DNA from: an uncultured virus (IMG/VR IMGVR_UViG_3300033066_001794)
Lineage: Duplodnaviria; Heunggongvirae; Uroviricota; Caudoviricetes
IMG/VR virus record: IMGVR_UViG_3300033066_001794
Reading direction: 5' to 3' (one strand)
DNA: 57,530 bases
Shown here piece by piece: positions 1-13,109 of the stretch. A model generated the notes under the pieces. It saw nothing but the letters and a program-made list of their open reading frames with translations. It had not been told where the DNA came from and ran no database searches. The position numbers and the translations under genes are program-made. The stretch's first letter is position 1. Each line of letters starts with the position of its first letter.

Positions 1-333
1 GAATTCTTCTTTTGTTATTTCTGAATACTCATCTTTATCATTATTGTTAAAGTGGTAATAATGTTCTATTTGAAAATAATTCCGTGAATTTTTATAGTAT
101 AAAATTCTAAGTGCATCTTCACGGCAATCTTCTTTATCAACACCATAAACGTATAAACAATTTACATAGGTTTCATCATGAGGTTCTTTTTCAATAAAGC
201 ACTTACCTATAAATTTACTAGCTTCTTCAATTCTTTCAGCATAATCTAATTTGTCTAATTTTTCACGAACTTCTGATTGTTGCAATCTTAAAGAATTTAA
301 TTGCTCAACTAATTCTTGTCTTGTTTGTTCCAT
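1..333 (-). CDS. Hypothetical protein, partial (runs off window edge)
   Basis: ATG at 333-331, MEQTRQELVEQLNSLRL..., open to position 1; A-rich leader. Confidence 0.7.
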   Translation of the reverse strand, partial: MEQTRQELVEQLNSLRLQQSEVREKLDKLDYAERIEEASKFIGKCFIEKEPHDETYVNCLYVYGVDKEDCREDALRILYYKNSRNYFQIEHYYHFNNNDKDEYSEITKEEF

Positions 334-342
334 TTTTTTAAA

Positions 343-699
343 TTAAAAAGTTACTAAAATATCAATTGGTTCAAAATATTTATGAACTTTAAATTTTTCA
401 TTAAGTTCATTTGCTAATTGAGAGTAATCATGTTCTTGGCAAATATCAATTAGTTTTCCATCTTCATCAGCACATGTATCTTGTTCGGAAACATAATCGG
501 ATATTAACTCTTTAATTGTATCGGCATCTATTCTATAGTGCATTGGCTCTGTCATATCTACAATGTAGTATTTACCATCCTTGTAATATTTTCTTTGGTC
601 TTCAGTTATTCTTTTGAAGGGAATTACGTTTTCACCTTCTTCTTCTACAAAGTGAGTAAACCCTCTTTCAATAGCCTGCTCTATTGTTATTGTTTCCAT
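343..699 (-). CDS. Hypothetical protein
   Basis: 118-aa ORF tiled with neighbours. Confidence 0.75.
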   Translation of the reverse strand: METITIEQAIERGFTHFVEEEGENVIPFKRITEDQRKYYKDGKYYIVDMTEPMHYRIDADTIKELISDYVSEQDTCADEDGKLIDICQEHDYSQLANELNEKFKVHKYFEPIDILVTF

Positions 700-1052
700 T
701 ATTTACTTTTAGTTTTTTCTTTATTTTGTTTAACAATTTCTCGAACTAATTCCTTTCCTATGTTAGCTACATTTTCATTTTTAAAAAGCTTTCCTAGTCC
801 AAATATTAACATACTAAAACCTATTGCTCTTACATCATCTTGCATAGCCTTCATGAAGTCTTCTACATTCATGCCTGCGTATTCACTGTTTTTTGAAAAC
901 GTTGATTTTTCAAGTTCTTCTTCTGTGATGCTGTGTTTTTCTTTCCATAAATCGAGCATGCATTGAGCATTTTCTTTCTCTCCGTCTTCTCCACGAATAG
1001 CAAGTTCCCTTAATTTTAGGGCTTTTTCAATTATTTTAGTTCTGTTTTCCAA
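699..1052 (-). CDS. DUF2786-like N-terminal domain protein
   Basis: KIIEKALKLRELAIRGEDGEKENA...KHSIT pattern; TTG start; similar to N-terminus of 6352..6891. Confidence 0.5.
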   Translation of the reverse strand: MENRTKIIEKALKLRELAIRGEDGEKENAQCMLDLWKEKHSITEEELEKSTFSKNSEYAGMNVEDFMKAMQDDVRAIGFSMLIFGLGKLFKNENVANIGKELVREIVKQNKEKTKSK

Positions 1053-1053
1053 A

Positions 1054-1233
1054 TTATTCTTCTGTAGAATCTACTTCTATTTCAAAATCACGGATATATA
1101 ATTTCCTACAAGCATCGCTAAATGCTTTTCTAAGATTCATTTTTAACGTAGCTATATCATCAGCATCATAGTCATGCCAATCTTTATATTCAGATTCGGG
1201 AATAGTTATTTTGATAGTTATTTCATTGTCCAT
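1054..1233 (-). CDS. Small hypothetical protein (59 aa, not in ORF track)
   Basis: MDNEITIKITIPESEYKDW...STEE*, fills the gap exactly. Confidence 0.6.
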   Translation of the reverse strand: MDNEITIKITIPESEYKDWHDYDADDIATLKMNLRKAFSDACRKLYIRDFEIEVDSTEE

Positions 1234-1244
1234 AGTTTTTGCTT

Positions 1245-1682
1245 TTAATTTGAAAGATAAATGTAAGAACGATGATATTTTTCAATTCTTTCAATATCCT
1301 TCTTTCTTAATCCCTTTATACGGCTAATTTGAGAATTATGGTCTAAGTCGGCTAACTTAATTGCTGTAGCTTCTTTACTTACTGAAATAGCCTTAATATA
1401 TTCGTCATAAGGTGTATTTTCCTTATCATGAGTCAATAAATGTAACCAACCGATAATTTTATCTGAGAAGCCTTGTTTAGTAAGGAACTCAAAAGTATAC
1501 CCTTCTTCTTTACAATCTTCGCACAAATCGTGAAGTATTCCACAAATCATTACTTCTTCACCTAAATGTGAAACTTTGTTCATAACCCAAAGACAATGAA
1601 GAATATAAGGTTTCCCACCTTTATCAACTTTGTTCTCAAATGCTTTCGCTGCGATTGAAATCGCTAATCCTAGTTTGCTCAT
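1245..1682 (-). CDS. Small RelA/SpoT-type HD-domain hydrolase (SAH/Mesh1-like)
   Basis: DKGGKPYILH, LHDLCED, LLTH, IKLADLDHN motifs. Confidence 0.85.
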   Translation of the reverse strand: MSKLGLAISIAAKAFENKVDKGGKPYILHCLWVMNKVSHLGEEVMICGILHDLCEDCKEEGYTFEFLTKQGFSDKIIGWLHLLTHDKENTPYDEYIKAISVSKEATAIKLADLDHNSQISRIKGLRKKDIERIEKYHRSYIYLSN

Positions 1683-1685
1683 TGT

Positions 1686-3753
<2,068 letters not shown>

Positions 3754-3754
3754 A

Positions 3755-4057
3755 CTAATGCTGTGGTTTTGTAGTTGCAAAATCGCCAATTAATTCACCG
3801 CCTGTCCAAACAGTTATAACTTGACCTACTACAAATTGTTCGTCACGAGTTGCGTGTTCCACATAAACAATAGTATCTTTTCCTGATGCTGTTTTTGTTT
3901 TTAATTTTGCAGAACCATCCCATTTGCTTACGCTTATAATAGTTCCTACATATCTTTTTGGAGTAGTATGGCAATAATGCATAACCAACACAAATAAAAC
4001 CATTGTATAGAAAAAATAGGAAAACGGACTTAGAAATATGTTCTTTAAAATCTTCAT
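3755..4057 (-). CDS. Membrane-anchored hypothetical protein
   Basis: N-terminal hydrophobic helix followed by beta-rich region. Confidence 0.6.
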   Translation of the reverse strand: MKILKNIFLSPFSYFFYTMVLFVLVMHYCHTTPKRYVGTIISVSKWDGSAKLKTKTASGKDTIVYVEHATRDEQFVVGQVITVWTGGELIGDFATTKPQH

Positions 4058-6342
4058 TATTTTTTAATTTTAACTAGTTCTTTAGCCATTTCTTCAATAG
4101 TAGAAAAAGCTTGTATTAAGTAGTTTGAATTTATTTTAGTGATTGATTTTTCTTTCAATAAAGCGGATAAGCTAACTTTTTTACCTAATTTTTTCTTTGT
4201 AAACTTAGGGTTAGTAATAGACATATCATAAGTTCCATCTTTATGTAATTTTACTTGAATAAACATGTCTTCGCTTACATGGACTTGGGCATGGTTTATA
4301 CCGACCATGTAATACTTTTTGATAAATTTTTTCTCCATTTGATTTGACCGTATTTTTATTGAAAATTAATTTTTAATCCCACTCAAAGGCATTTTTCTTT
4401 CTCCCGCTTAAAACACATCTTATGGCTAATTCAACATCAGTATCGTATGTTACAAATTCCCCATCTATAAGCATACCTGTACAAACACCAATTTCTGTAT
4501 AAACCTTTTTCTTATCAAGATTGTATCTATCTAACATAGATTCGATTTCAACTCTTAAGAAACCATGTTTGTGTTTCTTTGGGAAAGCATCAATCATTTC
4601 ACTTAGGTTTTCTAAAGTTAGTTTTTCAGGTAATGTTTTATTCTTCTTTTTCATTTATTTGATTTGATTTGGTTAATGAATGTATTATAATTATTACACC
4701 GATAAACTCATGATTGAAATGAATAAGAATACATCCTAAAGTGAATATAGGAAAGTAAAAAGCTCCTATAAGTGTTACTATTCCTAGTGCAATTATCTTT
4801 TCCATTTTTTTAATTAAGCATTACTTTAAAATCCTTATCAGATTCTAGTTTAACAACGAATTTAGTCCCATCTTCATTTGAGCGAATTAAAACTAAAAAA
4901 TCTCCTCTTTGACCACCTTCAACTATTTTTACAAATGAATACATATACCCATGTTTGTAAATTTTATCTATTCCGTAACTGCTCTTTGGTCTTAAAATGA
5001 TGTTTCCTTCTTCCATAAATATTATTTACACTACAAATATAATATTAATTACAATATTATTACTATTTGTTGAAAACTTTTTCAAGATAAATGTTCCTTC
5101 ATGAAGTCTAATATTAGATAATCAATGCTTTTCAATGCTCCTCCATTTTTCAAAGCATTAATTTTCTGCTCGTTGTAAGATTTAGCTAACAAACTTAGCA
5201 TTTCTTTAGCATACATACTCATGGCATCAGAAACATTTATATTTACTTGTTCTCTGTCTCTAGTGGCAATTTCCACATCGAAAAAATTTCTTTTTCTTAA
5301 CCAATCTTCAGGTTTCATGCTAATTCCTCCTCTTCTTCATTGAAACAAGCCATTCTTTTATCTTCGTTTTCAGGAAATATCTCTTCGTAAACATCTTTGA
5401 AATCTTCATCGTTTGGCTCATAAGTCATTGCGATACTTCCAATCATTTGTCTCAAAGTATCCATCTGCTTCTGAATATCCTCAGCGTCAATAAGAACATA
5501 GCCTTTTAAATTAACACTCCAATCGTATCCGTTTGGTTTAGCGAATTCATCATTAGTTTTAATGATTGCTCGATTTAATTTTTCAGTTAAAGAATCACAT
5601 GCATAAACAGCTTGTTTTCTTAGGTTGTTGAAATTCACTTGCATCCCGCTCATTTTTTTTATATTTTAATTGTATTAATGTATATGTTACAACTTTTCTC
5701 ATCCTCATTAAAATAATATTCAGTCGATTTGACTACTCCTTTAGTTCCTTTTATGATTATAACATCACCTTTATTAGGAATGTTATCTAATGTCCATCTT
5801 TCGGAGTGACCATGTGAATGAAAATTTAAAAGCGTTATATGTTTTTTTATCTGCTCCATTTTTTAATCTCCCATTTGTTTAAATTCAAAATCGTACAAAG
5901 CAATAACTCTACCATGAGAAAAGCTTTTGTATAGGTTAATTATTTCATTTCTGAAAAATTCTGTTTCTTCTTTTGAAGTAGTATAAAACTCTCCTGTATC
6001 AGGATTTCCAAATGGGGAATCAACTTCGTATTTAGCTTCATGTATTCCTACCTGCGGGTCTCCTTTATCAATTACAATTAATTTCATAAATTTTAATTTG
6101 TTATTTTATTTCTTTTGACACTCTTTAATAGCTTGTGTTAATTCATATGCTTTTTTCTTTACTTTATTAAAACAATCTGTACATATTTCAACAGTATGTG
6201 GATTTACAAAATCTTTTCTGTTTCCCCATCCTCCAAGAGAGTAGCCTAATTCAACTAAAAAGCCATGAAGACTTTCTTTTTTTACACCTTCTGCTGTTGT
6301 CATTTTCTTGCAATAGTCGCAGTATATATTTTCAGTTCTCAT
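4057..6342 (-). CDS. Run of small hypothetical genes (4057-4338, 4373-4654, 4810-5016, 5082-5318, 5315-5653, 5659-5859, 5863-6087, 6106-6342)
   Basis: Tiled ORFs with A-rich leaders; 6106-6342 has CxxC...CxxC. Confidence 0.65.
5034..5076 (-). promoter_or_regulatory. Bacteroidota-type promoter with upstream box
   Basis: -7 TATATTTG (5041-5034); TTTTCAACA (5076-5068) 26 nt upstream. Confidence 0.7.
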
Positions 6343-6351
6343 TCTATTTTT

Positions 6352-6891
6352 TTAATTAGTTATTTGCTTTCTTTTTTTTGTTGATTCAAAATCTACATCA
6401 TTAATTGCTTTCATCATATCAAGAATGGATTTTGGGTCATAATTATCTGCTGAATCAATATCTTCTTTTTCATTAGATTCTTTTACTTCCAAATCGTTTT
6501 TATATATGTAAGCTATTGTGAAGTTCTTTTTTTGTTTATCATAATCACTCAAGTAAAATTTTAACTTCTCTTTTACCTCAATGTATTGCTCAGGACTTAA
6601 ATCGCAAAAAGCTTTTTTTTGTTTACCAATTCTCCTTATTGCAATATTTGGGATAACACTCCAAATAACATGGGCTAATATTAAAGTTTCATCTTCATGT
6701 TTAAAAATGAATGTTCTTTTCTTTATCTCATTATTTTGAATATCTTGTAGAGTAAGTCCGTATTTAGTTAATAGAGTTTTTAGTTTTTTTTCTGCAACTA
6801 ATCTTTCATGTTCTGTACCTCTGTCAGCCATTTCTTTTAGCTTCAGTGCAAGTTCCTTTACTTTATTTAAATCGGGGTTTAGATTGTCCAT
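6352..6891 (-). CDS. DUF2786-like protein
   Basis: KLKEMADRGTEHERLVAEKKLKTLLTKYGL N-terminal pattern. Confidence 0.6.
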   Translation of the reverse strand: MDNLNPDLNKVKELALKLKEMADRGTEHERLVAEKKLKTLLTKYGLTLQDIQNNEIKKRTFIFKHEDETLILAHVIWSVIPNIAIRRIGKQKKAFCDLSPEQYIEVKEKLKFYLSDYDKQKKNFTIAYIYKNDLEVKESNEKEDIDSADNYDPKSILDMMKAINDVDFESTKKRKQITN

Positions 6892-6894
6892 TAA

Positions 6895-7206
6895 TTATTC
6901 AAAATCAAATTTAATTTGTTGGCTTATTAATTTCTCTTGTGCTTTTCTAGCTTCGTATGTTTTTCCTCTAAGTGAAACATTATGCTCCTGAAGTTTCTGC
7001 CTCGACCTTCTTACTGATTCAGGAATAGCTAATTTACCACTCAAAAGCATTTTCTTAAAATCTTCATAACTTTCTATTTTTCCATATGACTGAATATCCC
7101 AAATTTTCAATAAAAGAAGATTGTCATCATCTCTTGTTTCGAAATTATTTAACAAAATGTCTGCTACTGTTGGTTTAATCTTTATATATGAAGATATTAA
7201 ATCCAT
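6895..7206 (-). CDS. Hypothetical phage protein
   Basis: TRDDDNLL...PESVRRSRQKLQE..LRG pattern, recalled from small phage proteins. Confidence 0.55.
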   Translation of the reverse strand: MDLISSYIKIKPTVADILLNNFETRDDDNLLLLKIWDIQSYGKIESYEDFKKMLLSGKLAIPESVRRSRQKLQEHNVSLRGKTYEARKAQEKLISQQIKFDFE

Positions 7207-7226
7207 TCCTGATTGTTTTTTTATAA

Positions 7227-7679
7227 TTAAATTTTTGTTTCTTTCAAATCAATAAATCCTTTTTCATCAACTTCTAAATAACTACCATGTGGTAATAAAT
7301 GAAGATTAAAGCCACGTTGAATTAAGTAGTTCATTATAGCAGGCATGCAAACACTATCTTGTGTATCAAATTGAATCATTCCGAACTCACGAATTTCACG
7401 TTTGTCATTATCGTTCCACTTTTTGTGTTTTTCAGGTTCTTCATCATAACCCATTATTTCACAACTTATATGGACAGACTCATTAATTTTAATATCTTCT
7501 AATTTACGAAGTATTGGTTTAATCTGTTCGGGTTCGTAATTTACTCTCTCACAAATAACTTTATTCAAGTGAATATCTACTCCTTCTATATAGTGAGAAA
7601 CAGGGTCTCCTCCATCGTAAATTGCGCATGGTAATCCTACATAAGGGGCTAAATCTTTTGCTGTTACTTTTTTTGTCAT
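7227..7679 (-). CDS. Hypothetical protein, paralog of 19796..20278
   Basis: Shared PYVG/QYVG, KPILRKLEDI/QLILKPIHEI and YLIQRGF/YLQTKGY. Confidence 0.6.
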   Translation of the reverse strand: MTKKVTAKDLAPYVGLPCAIYDGGDPVSHYIEGVDIHLNKVICERVNYEPEQIKPILRKLEDIKINESVHISCEIMGYDEEPEKHKKWNDNDKREIREFGMIQFDTQDSVCMPAIMNYLIQRGFNLHLLPHGSYLEVDEKGFIDLKETKI

Positions 7680-8170
7680 AATAATATTCTAATTCTGTTT
7701 TTATTAAATTTTTGTTCTTCTCTTTTTGCAATGAGCATTATTAATTGCATTCTTCTTTTGCTTTCTGACGATGAAATATTCTTAAGAAGATTTAAGTAAC
7801 CCATTACAACTTTTTTTATTGAACGGCTAGTTTTATTATAAAACTCTAATGCTATTCTATCTGACTCAATTGGTAGTCTAACTTTGAATTCAATTGTACA
7901 CCAAATAACCATGAAGAAAACAAAATCATTTTCTGAATCTAACTCTTCTAATCTTTTTTTTGAAGCCTGAATTACTCCGCTTGTTAATCCAACTCTAAAG
8001 TTTGTATTTTCTGAGCAACTTTTTTTGGGTAAACAATTAAAGTATTCAATTTTATAATTTCCTAAATTAGAAGTATATTCCCCTTCGCTTAATATTTTCC
8101 AATTTTTAGAGAACCAATCTGCGAAATCCAAAAGTTCTTCACTTGGTTCAAATTTTAATTCAGTATTCAT
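7676..8170 (-). CDS. Hypothetical protein
   Basis: 164-aa tiled ORF. Confidence 0.65.
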   Translation of the reverse strand: MNTELKFEPSEELLDFADWFSKNWKILSEGEYTSNLGNYKIEYFNCLPKKSCSENTNFRVGLTSGVIQASKKRLEELDSENDFVFFMVIWCTIEFKVRLPIESDRIALEFYNKTSRSIKKVVMGYLNLLKNISSSESKRRMQLIMLIAKREEQKFNKNRIRILL

Positions 8171-8823
8171 TATTGTTTATTTAAATCTACTTTAAAATTA
8201 TCATCATTTGTTCCTTCAATAAAAGTTGACTTAACATTACCTTTAATTTCAGTTTCATTTGAACTAAAAAATGTACAGGTTACGTTTCCATTTATATTAG
8301 ATTTATCACTTTTGTAGTCCGAAATAATAATATCTTTTGCATTTATTGTTATGTTACCTGATACCCTGAATGAATCGACGTTTAATGTATTGCAATTAAC
8401 TACTAAGTTCCCAACGTTACATAGTGTATCTGAAATAATATCACCTTTTGAATTAATAACATTTCCGTTTACATTTCCAACTACCTTCAAATTCTTTTCT
8501 GAATTTTCAATCGTTACATCTCCAAAAACAGAAATATCAGGATTATCATTTTTAATCCAAAAATCTGAATGATTACAGCTTATTTTAACTCCTTCGCTTG
8601 ATATATTCATAACTCTCATTTGATGAATATCCTTATCTACTTCTATAAGGTTAGTAGTAGGTCTTGGGAACTTTTGTCTTATTCTATGTAATTCAAATAA
8701 AACATCAGTCCAATCAGAAAGTAAGTTTTCATCTTCAACATCACCATCCGTTAAAACATAACGTAGCATATTATAGATTTCTTCTTTACTTCTTTTTTGT
8801 AATGATTCAGGTTTAATCTCCAT
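8170..8823 (-). CDS. Protein with beta-solenoid-like (GNV/GDI repeat) C-terminal half
   Basis: Repeated GDV, GNV, GNV, GDI, GNL, GNI, GNV, GNV short beta units. Confidence 0.45.
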   Translation of the reverse strand: MEIKPESLQKRSKEEIYNMLRYVLTDGDVEDENLLSDWTDVLFELHRIRQKFPRPTTNLIEVDKDIHQMRVMNISSEGVKISCNHSDFWIKNDNPDISVFGDVTIENSEKNLKVVGNVNGNVINSKGDIISDTLCNVGNLVVNCNTLNVDSFRVSGNITINAKDIIISDYKSDKSNINGNVTCTFFSSNETEIKGNVKSTFIEGTNDDNFKVDLNKQ

Positions 8824-10123
8824 AATATTTCCTTCTTATTTTTTGCATCAGAGATAATTGCTCAGGCTCTATATCTATTTTTTCTCCACGAGCAATTTTT
8901 CTTCGCCTCTCCATTTCTTCTAAACGTTGTTGGAATCCACTCTTTTTTACAAATCTTTTTGGATTATTTTCAGATTGAATATTTGAATTTTGAAATTCAT
9001 TTAATACTACCCAAATAGAAATTCCAATATTATACAGAAGAATAACAATAAGTATAGCCCACATTTGATTTTCAGTAACCTCAATTTCTAAATAATCAAA
9101 GTCCTTAAAGTTTCTTCTTTTCCAATGTTCTGAAATTTTTGAAGGCATCCAATCTGCAAATTTAGAAAGATTCAAATCTTTTGTTACATTAAAATAATCT
9201 TCTACTTCAACTTCTAGTGATGGCTTTTCCATCCAAGAGAAACATTTAACCCAATCAAAGTTACCTGATTTGTCTTTTCCTATACAAATTATGAATTCGT
9301 TTTTATTTCCGCCTTCCCAATATGAACGTTGCTTTAAAGCTGCCTCTACACTTTGGTCTGTGAAAAATAAAATGAATGTTTTGAATTGTTTATTAGCTCC
9401 GAAGTATCCATTTAAATATTGAAGCTTCTTTTCGGTCATAGCATCAACTTTTCGACCTAATACAATTGGTTGATAGTATCCACTAATGCTTGGGTAATCA
9501 TAAAGCTTCCATCTTGTTTTTTCTTTATCACTAATATCTTCGAACTTAAAAATAGAATGAGATGCTTTTATTTTATTTGTATAAGAATGCTCTGAATTAA
9601 TTACATCAGATTTTTCAGGCTGTCCTCCAAAATTAGTATGATATGCATCTCCATCTACCGAGTGATAATCCCTGTTTAATTCAACAAAATAAGTTTTCGT
9701 GTCAAATTGTTTTTTTAGTCTCTCGTATTCAGCTTTACTAATATCGTATTCCGCTCCTAAATTATCTAGTTTACTCCAATACTCAGGATGATAATCTACA
9801 TCGTATGGATGTTGCTTCCCACATTCATACTGATATGTAGAAACATTTCCTTTAGAATCAGTTCTTGTTCCTGTACAATAAATAGGATGAGAACACGGAA
9901 CTTCTTCGTCCCAAGCTTCATAATAGATAACTTTTGTTGTATAACTCCCGAAATACTCAGTATCAGAAGTCCTAGAACTAATCATTATAGTATTCATCAA
10001 CAAAATAATAATTGCTGAAGGAACAATCATAGCAGCTACTTCCCACCAAACAACTTTCTTAGTGAAGAATATTAGAAGTAAAGCAGCCGCTATTACAGGC
10101 ACGAATATTAGAAACCAAATCAT
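8813..10123 (-). CDS. Membrane protein (2 N-terminal TMs, large soluble domain, C-terminal TM)
   Basis: Hydrophobic segments at residues ~1-50 and ~355-375; YWEGGNKNE motif. Confidence 0.7.
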   Translation of the reverse strand: MIWFLIFVPVIAAALLLIFFTKKVVWWEVAAMIVPSAIIILLMNTIMISSRTSDTEYFGSYTTKVIYYEAWDEEVPCSHPIYCTGTRTDSKGNVSTYQYECGKQHPYDVDYHPEYWSKLDNLGAEYDISKAEYERLKKQFDTKTYFVELNRDYHSVDGDAYHTNFGGQPEKSDVINSEHSYTNKIKASHSIFKFEDISDKEKTRWKLYDYPSISGYYQPIVLGRKVDAMTEKKLQYLNGYFGANKQFKTFILFFTDQSVEAALKQRSYWEGGNKNEFIICIGKDKSGNFDWVKCFSWMEKPSLEVEVEDYFNVTKDLNLSKFADWMPSKISEHWKRRNFKDFDYLEIEVTENQMWAILIVILLYNIGISIWVVLNEFQNSNIQSENNPKRFVKKSGFQQRLEEMERRRKIARGEKIDIEPEQLSLMQKIRRKYYGD

Positions 10124-10371
10124 ATTTTATTCTTTTGAGTGTTTATATTCTTGTAAATAATAGTAAAAACCATAATTAGGAGATTCGTACTCCTTAGATT
10201 TAAAGTAACTTAGTATTTGTTTTATATTAAAATAATAAACACTAAATGTAGTTCCATCTTTTTTCATGCAAATATAGGATGTTGTACTTGAATCGAAAAC
10301 TTTATCTAATATCAATCCTTGTTCACCTTTAAATGAAATAATCTCAGCTCCAATTAATTTACATTCCATAG

Positions 10372-10923
10372 TTACTTGGTGTTTTTATCAAAAAGTTCAA
10401 TCTCATTTTCTTCTCCTGTAGCGTATGTTTCCTTTGTCGCTTCTGATGTGATAACTTTAATTTCAACAGGTTTTAAGTTTGAATCTAAGAACCAACGATT
10501 AGGTGCTTTTTTAATGTATGCAGCGTGTTCACGTTGTAAGTCGATTAGCATAGCTTGTTCATTAAAGAATCCTGTACGTTCAATTTCTATTGATTTCATA
10601 AGGTCTTTATACATTGATGCATCGAATGTAGGATTGCTTTCTGTTACCCATTTCATTAGTGACCCATCTCCCTTAGAGTAACGTCCTTCAATTAATTTAG
10701 GATAAATATCTTTGAAAGCTTCTTTATATTGGTCGGTAACTCCTGCTTTTTGTTTTAATATTTTCCACATCTTATCGAAATAAGCTTCACATTTTTTGTT
10801 CTGTGCTTCTGTTTGAGTTCTTAAATCAATCTCTTTGTTCTGAGTTGAGAAATTCATTGAAATCCCGATAATCAAAAGTAATAATACTACTGCTGATACT
10901 CCTAGTGCTACGATTTTTTTCAT
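10372..10923 (-). CDS. Membrane-anchored helical protein, possibly LemA-like
   Basis: N-terminal TM, helical body, ESNPTFDASMYKDL motif, PNRWFL. Confidence 0.45.
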   Translation of the reverse strand: MKKIVALGVSAVVLLLLIIGISMNFSTQNKEIDLRTQTEAQNKKCEAYFDKMWKILKQKAGVTDQYKEAFKDIYPKLIEGRYSKGDGSLMKWVTESNPTFDASMYKDLMKSIEIERTGFFNEQAMLIDLQREHAAYIKKAPNRWFLDSNLKPVEIKVITSEATKETYATGEENEIELFDKNTK

Positions 10924-10969
10924 TTTTTTTGTTTTTGTTTTATGTTATTTATTTTATTTTTCACTATAG

Positions 10970-11350
10970 TTAAAAAGCGGACTTAATATAGAACATACTA
11001 AGAACATTATCCATTCCTAACATCTTTATCATGTTAGCATCAGGATGTACAAAACAGATGTAATAATTACCAACATCACTAACTACATTATATGTCCAAA
11101 TGTTTTTAAGAGAATCATATTCTTTTGACTTCACATAATAAGTGGAGGTCATGTTCTCTATAGTATGATAGAACATTGTTTCGGATTTATTAAATTCAAA
11201 AAGACTACTCTCTTTGTATTTATAGCACTCTTCAAATTGTTGTGATTGTTCATTCCAATGACAAACTTCACGATGCGTACAGCTAAAAGAAACCTGAGAT
11301 TTAACCTTAAAAGAAAGGATTAATAGAGTTATTAATAAAATTTTATTCAT
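10970..11350 (-). CDS. Secreted hypothetical protein
   Basis: Signal peptide MNKILLITLLILSFKVKS-Q, with Gln at +1 as is common in Bacteroidota. Confidence 0.6.
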   Translation of the reverse strand: MNKILLITLLILSFKVKSQVSFSCTHREVCHWNEQSQQFEECYKYKESSLFEFNKSETMFYHTIENMTSTYYVKSKEYDSLKNIWTYNVVSDVGNYYICFVHPDANMIKMLGMDNVLSMFYIKSAF

Positions 11351-11539
11351 TATTTTTTGATTTTAAGTTTTGAAATTATTTTTTTGAATCCTGAAATCCC
11401 AATATGCTTTTTGTTTTTAAGAGCTAACTCTTGCGAATCATCATACATTCCAATCATGTCTTGAGTTGTATATAGTTTTTGCTCCATTTTTTCGCTGAGC
11501 TTTTTAACCTTGCCTTCTGATTTTTTTTGTTTTGCCATA

Positions 11540-11845
11540 TCAATATTTATTTAATTTTGGTGCTTTTATATCCCGCCAATGGGTAATGTCTTTGTTATTG
11601 TATGCCCACCCTGTATTATTCCAAACTTCGTAGTGCTGCTTTTTAGCTCCTACCCTGTAAACTTCATAAACACCATGTTCTGTCGGTTTACGCTCTTTTA
11701 CTGAGTGCCATTCACTAGATTTAGATTCCTCTACACATAAACGAGCGTACTCAACAAACATTATTATCTTCGTTTCCTCAGATGTGTTTGGGTCTGCTTT
11801 CATGATGTCAAGACATCTGTATAGATAGTCGCTACTCTTACTCAT
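11540..11845 (-). CDS. DUF551-like domain protein
   Basis: EWHSVKERKP...ITHWR. Confidence 0.6.
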   Translation of the reverse strand: MSKSSDYLYRCLDIMKADPNTSEETKIIMFVEYARLCVEESKSSEWHSVKERKPTEHGVYEVYRVGAKKQHYEVWNNTGWAYNNKDITHWRDIKAPKLNKY

Positions 11846-12001
11846 AATTACTATTTGGGATTTTCAATTTTATCTTTAAAGTTTTTATTCATAGATTTTA
11901 AATCATCCATTAAATCCATTGATAATAAAGTTGTTTTAGACATAATTATATTAAGTTCGCAAACTTTTCTAATTAAATTTTTAATCCAATTCATGTTTTT
12001 T

Positions 12002-12496
12002 TTAATTAAGTGAAATTATTTTAATTAATTTGTTTTCTATTTCAAATTCTACTTCAAACTCTGTTCTTTCGATTTCAGAATATGAATATTCTTTAATTCT
12101 ATGATTGCTAATCATCTCATCTACCTCATTCCAAAAAAATACAGGATAAGGTCTTTTAACATTTTGTGTCAAGTGACTCCATTTATTTAAATCTAAAATA
12201 GATTTTATGCAAAACACTTCAATTACTTCTTGTTCTTCTTTAGATAGTTGAGTTAAACTTACTTTTTTTAAAGATTCTATTTTTGATTCCACATCAGAAA
12301 TAGAAATAAATGGTAATCCTTCTTTTTTTAAACTTGATGCAACTACTTTGAATGTGTTGTTTTCCCATGTGTACCCTGATTGAGGGATGGCTAACTGATA
12401 CAAGGTAGGGTCAAGTTTGCAGATAAAATAATCTCCTACTGAAACTTTATCTTTACTTAAAATATGCCAATCGTTATTTACTTTCTTTAAAATCAT
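12002..12496 (-). CDS. Hypothetical protein, related to 43135..43878
   Basis: VGDY...KVVASS...LP versus VGDY...KVIAST...LP. Confidence 0.55.
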   Translation of the reverse strand: MILKKVNNDWHILSKDKVSVGDYFICKLDPTLYQLAIPQSGYTWENNTFKVVASSLKKEGLPFISISDVESKIESLKKVSLTQLSKEEQEVIEVFCIKSILDLNKWSHLTQNVKRPYPVFFWNEVDEMISNHRIKEYSYSEIERTEFEVEFEIENKLIKIISLN

Positions 12497-13044
12497 TATT
12501 TAGTAGATTTAATATCTATTTAATATTTCCGTTATAACTATTAATATGATTGTTTATATGGTGGTTAAGCTGCTCTTTCATTTGTTTCAATTCAGTCATT
12601 AATTCAGAATTTTCATTAGTTAATTCTGCTAATTTTCGAATTAAAAATACATTTGCTACATCCTGATAAAGTAATTTACCTCTAATAATAACCTCTCCTT
12701 TTGTGTTTACCGAGAGTAATGACTTGCCCAATGGGTTTTCATTTTCTTTTTTATCCATAACAGATTCAATGCATTTATGCATTTCTGCTTGAATTAAATC
12801 AGCGGTATCAGATATTTTTTGTTCTTTCACGTTTATTGACATAAAGTTGATTTTTTAATGTTTACATAGTTGGATAAACAAGCATTAATAGCATGTTCAT
12901 TTCGTGGCTGTGGATTTGATTTGTTAGTCCAAACGCTACCATGTTGGTCTCTCCCAACGCTTTCGTTTTCCCAAGTTACGTAAAACCAAAAACCTAAGAT
13001 GTGGTGAGATGTGATGTTTGAATTTGAATTCATTTTATAATCAG

Positions 13045-13065
13045 TATTTGACCTTTGCAAATATA
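13045..13065 (-). promoter_or_regulatory. Promoter -7 plus GGTCAAATA element
   Basis: TATATTTG (13065-13058), 4 nt, GGTCAAATA (13053-13045). Implies the downstream ORF starts at ATG 13033, not 13060. Confidence 0.7.
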
Positions 13066-13109
13066 ATAAATTTATTGTAACAAAAATATAACTAGTGATA
13101 AAAAAGTTA

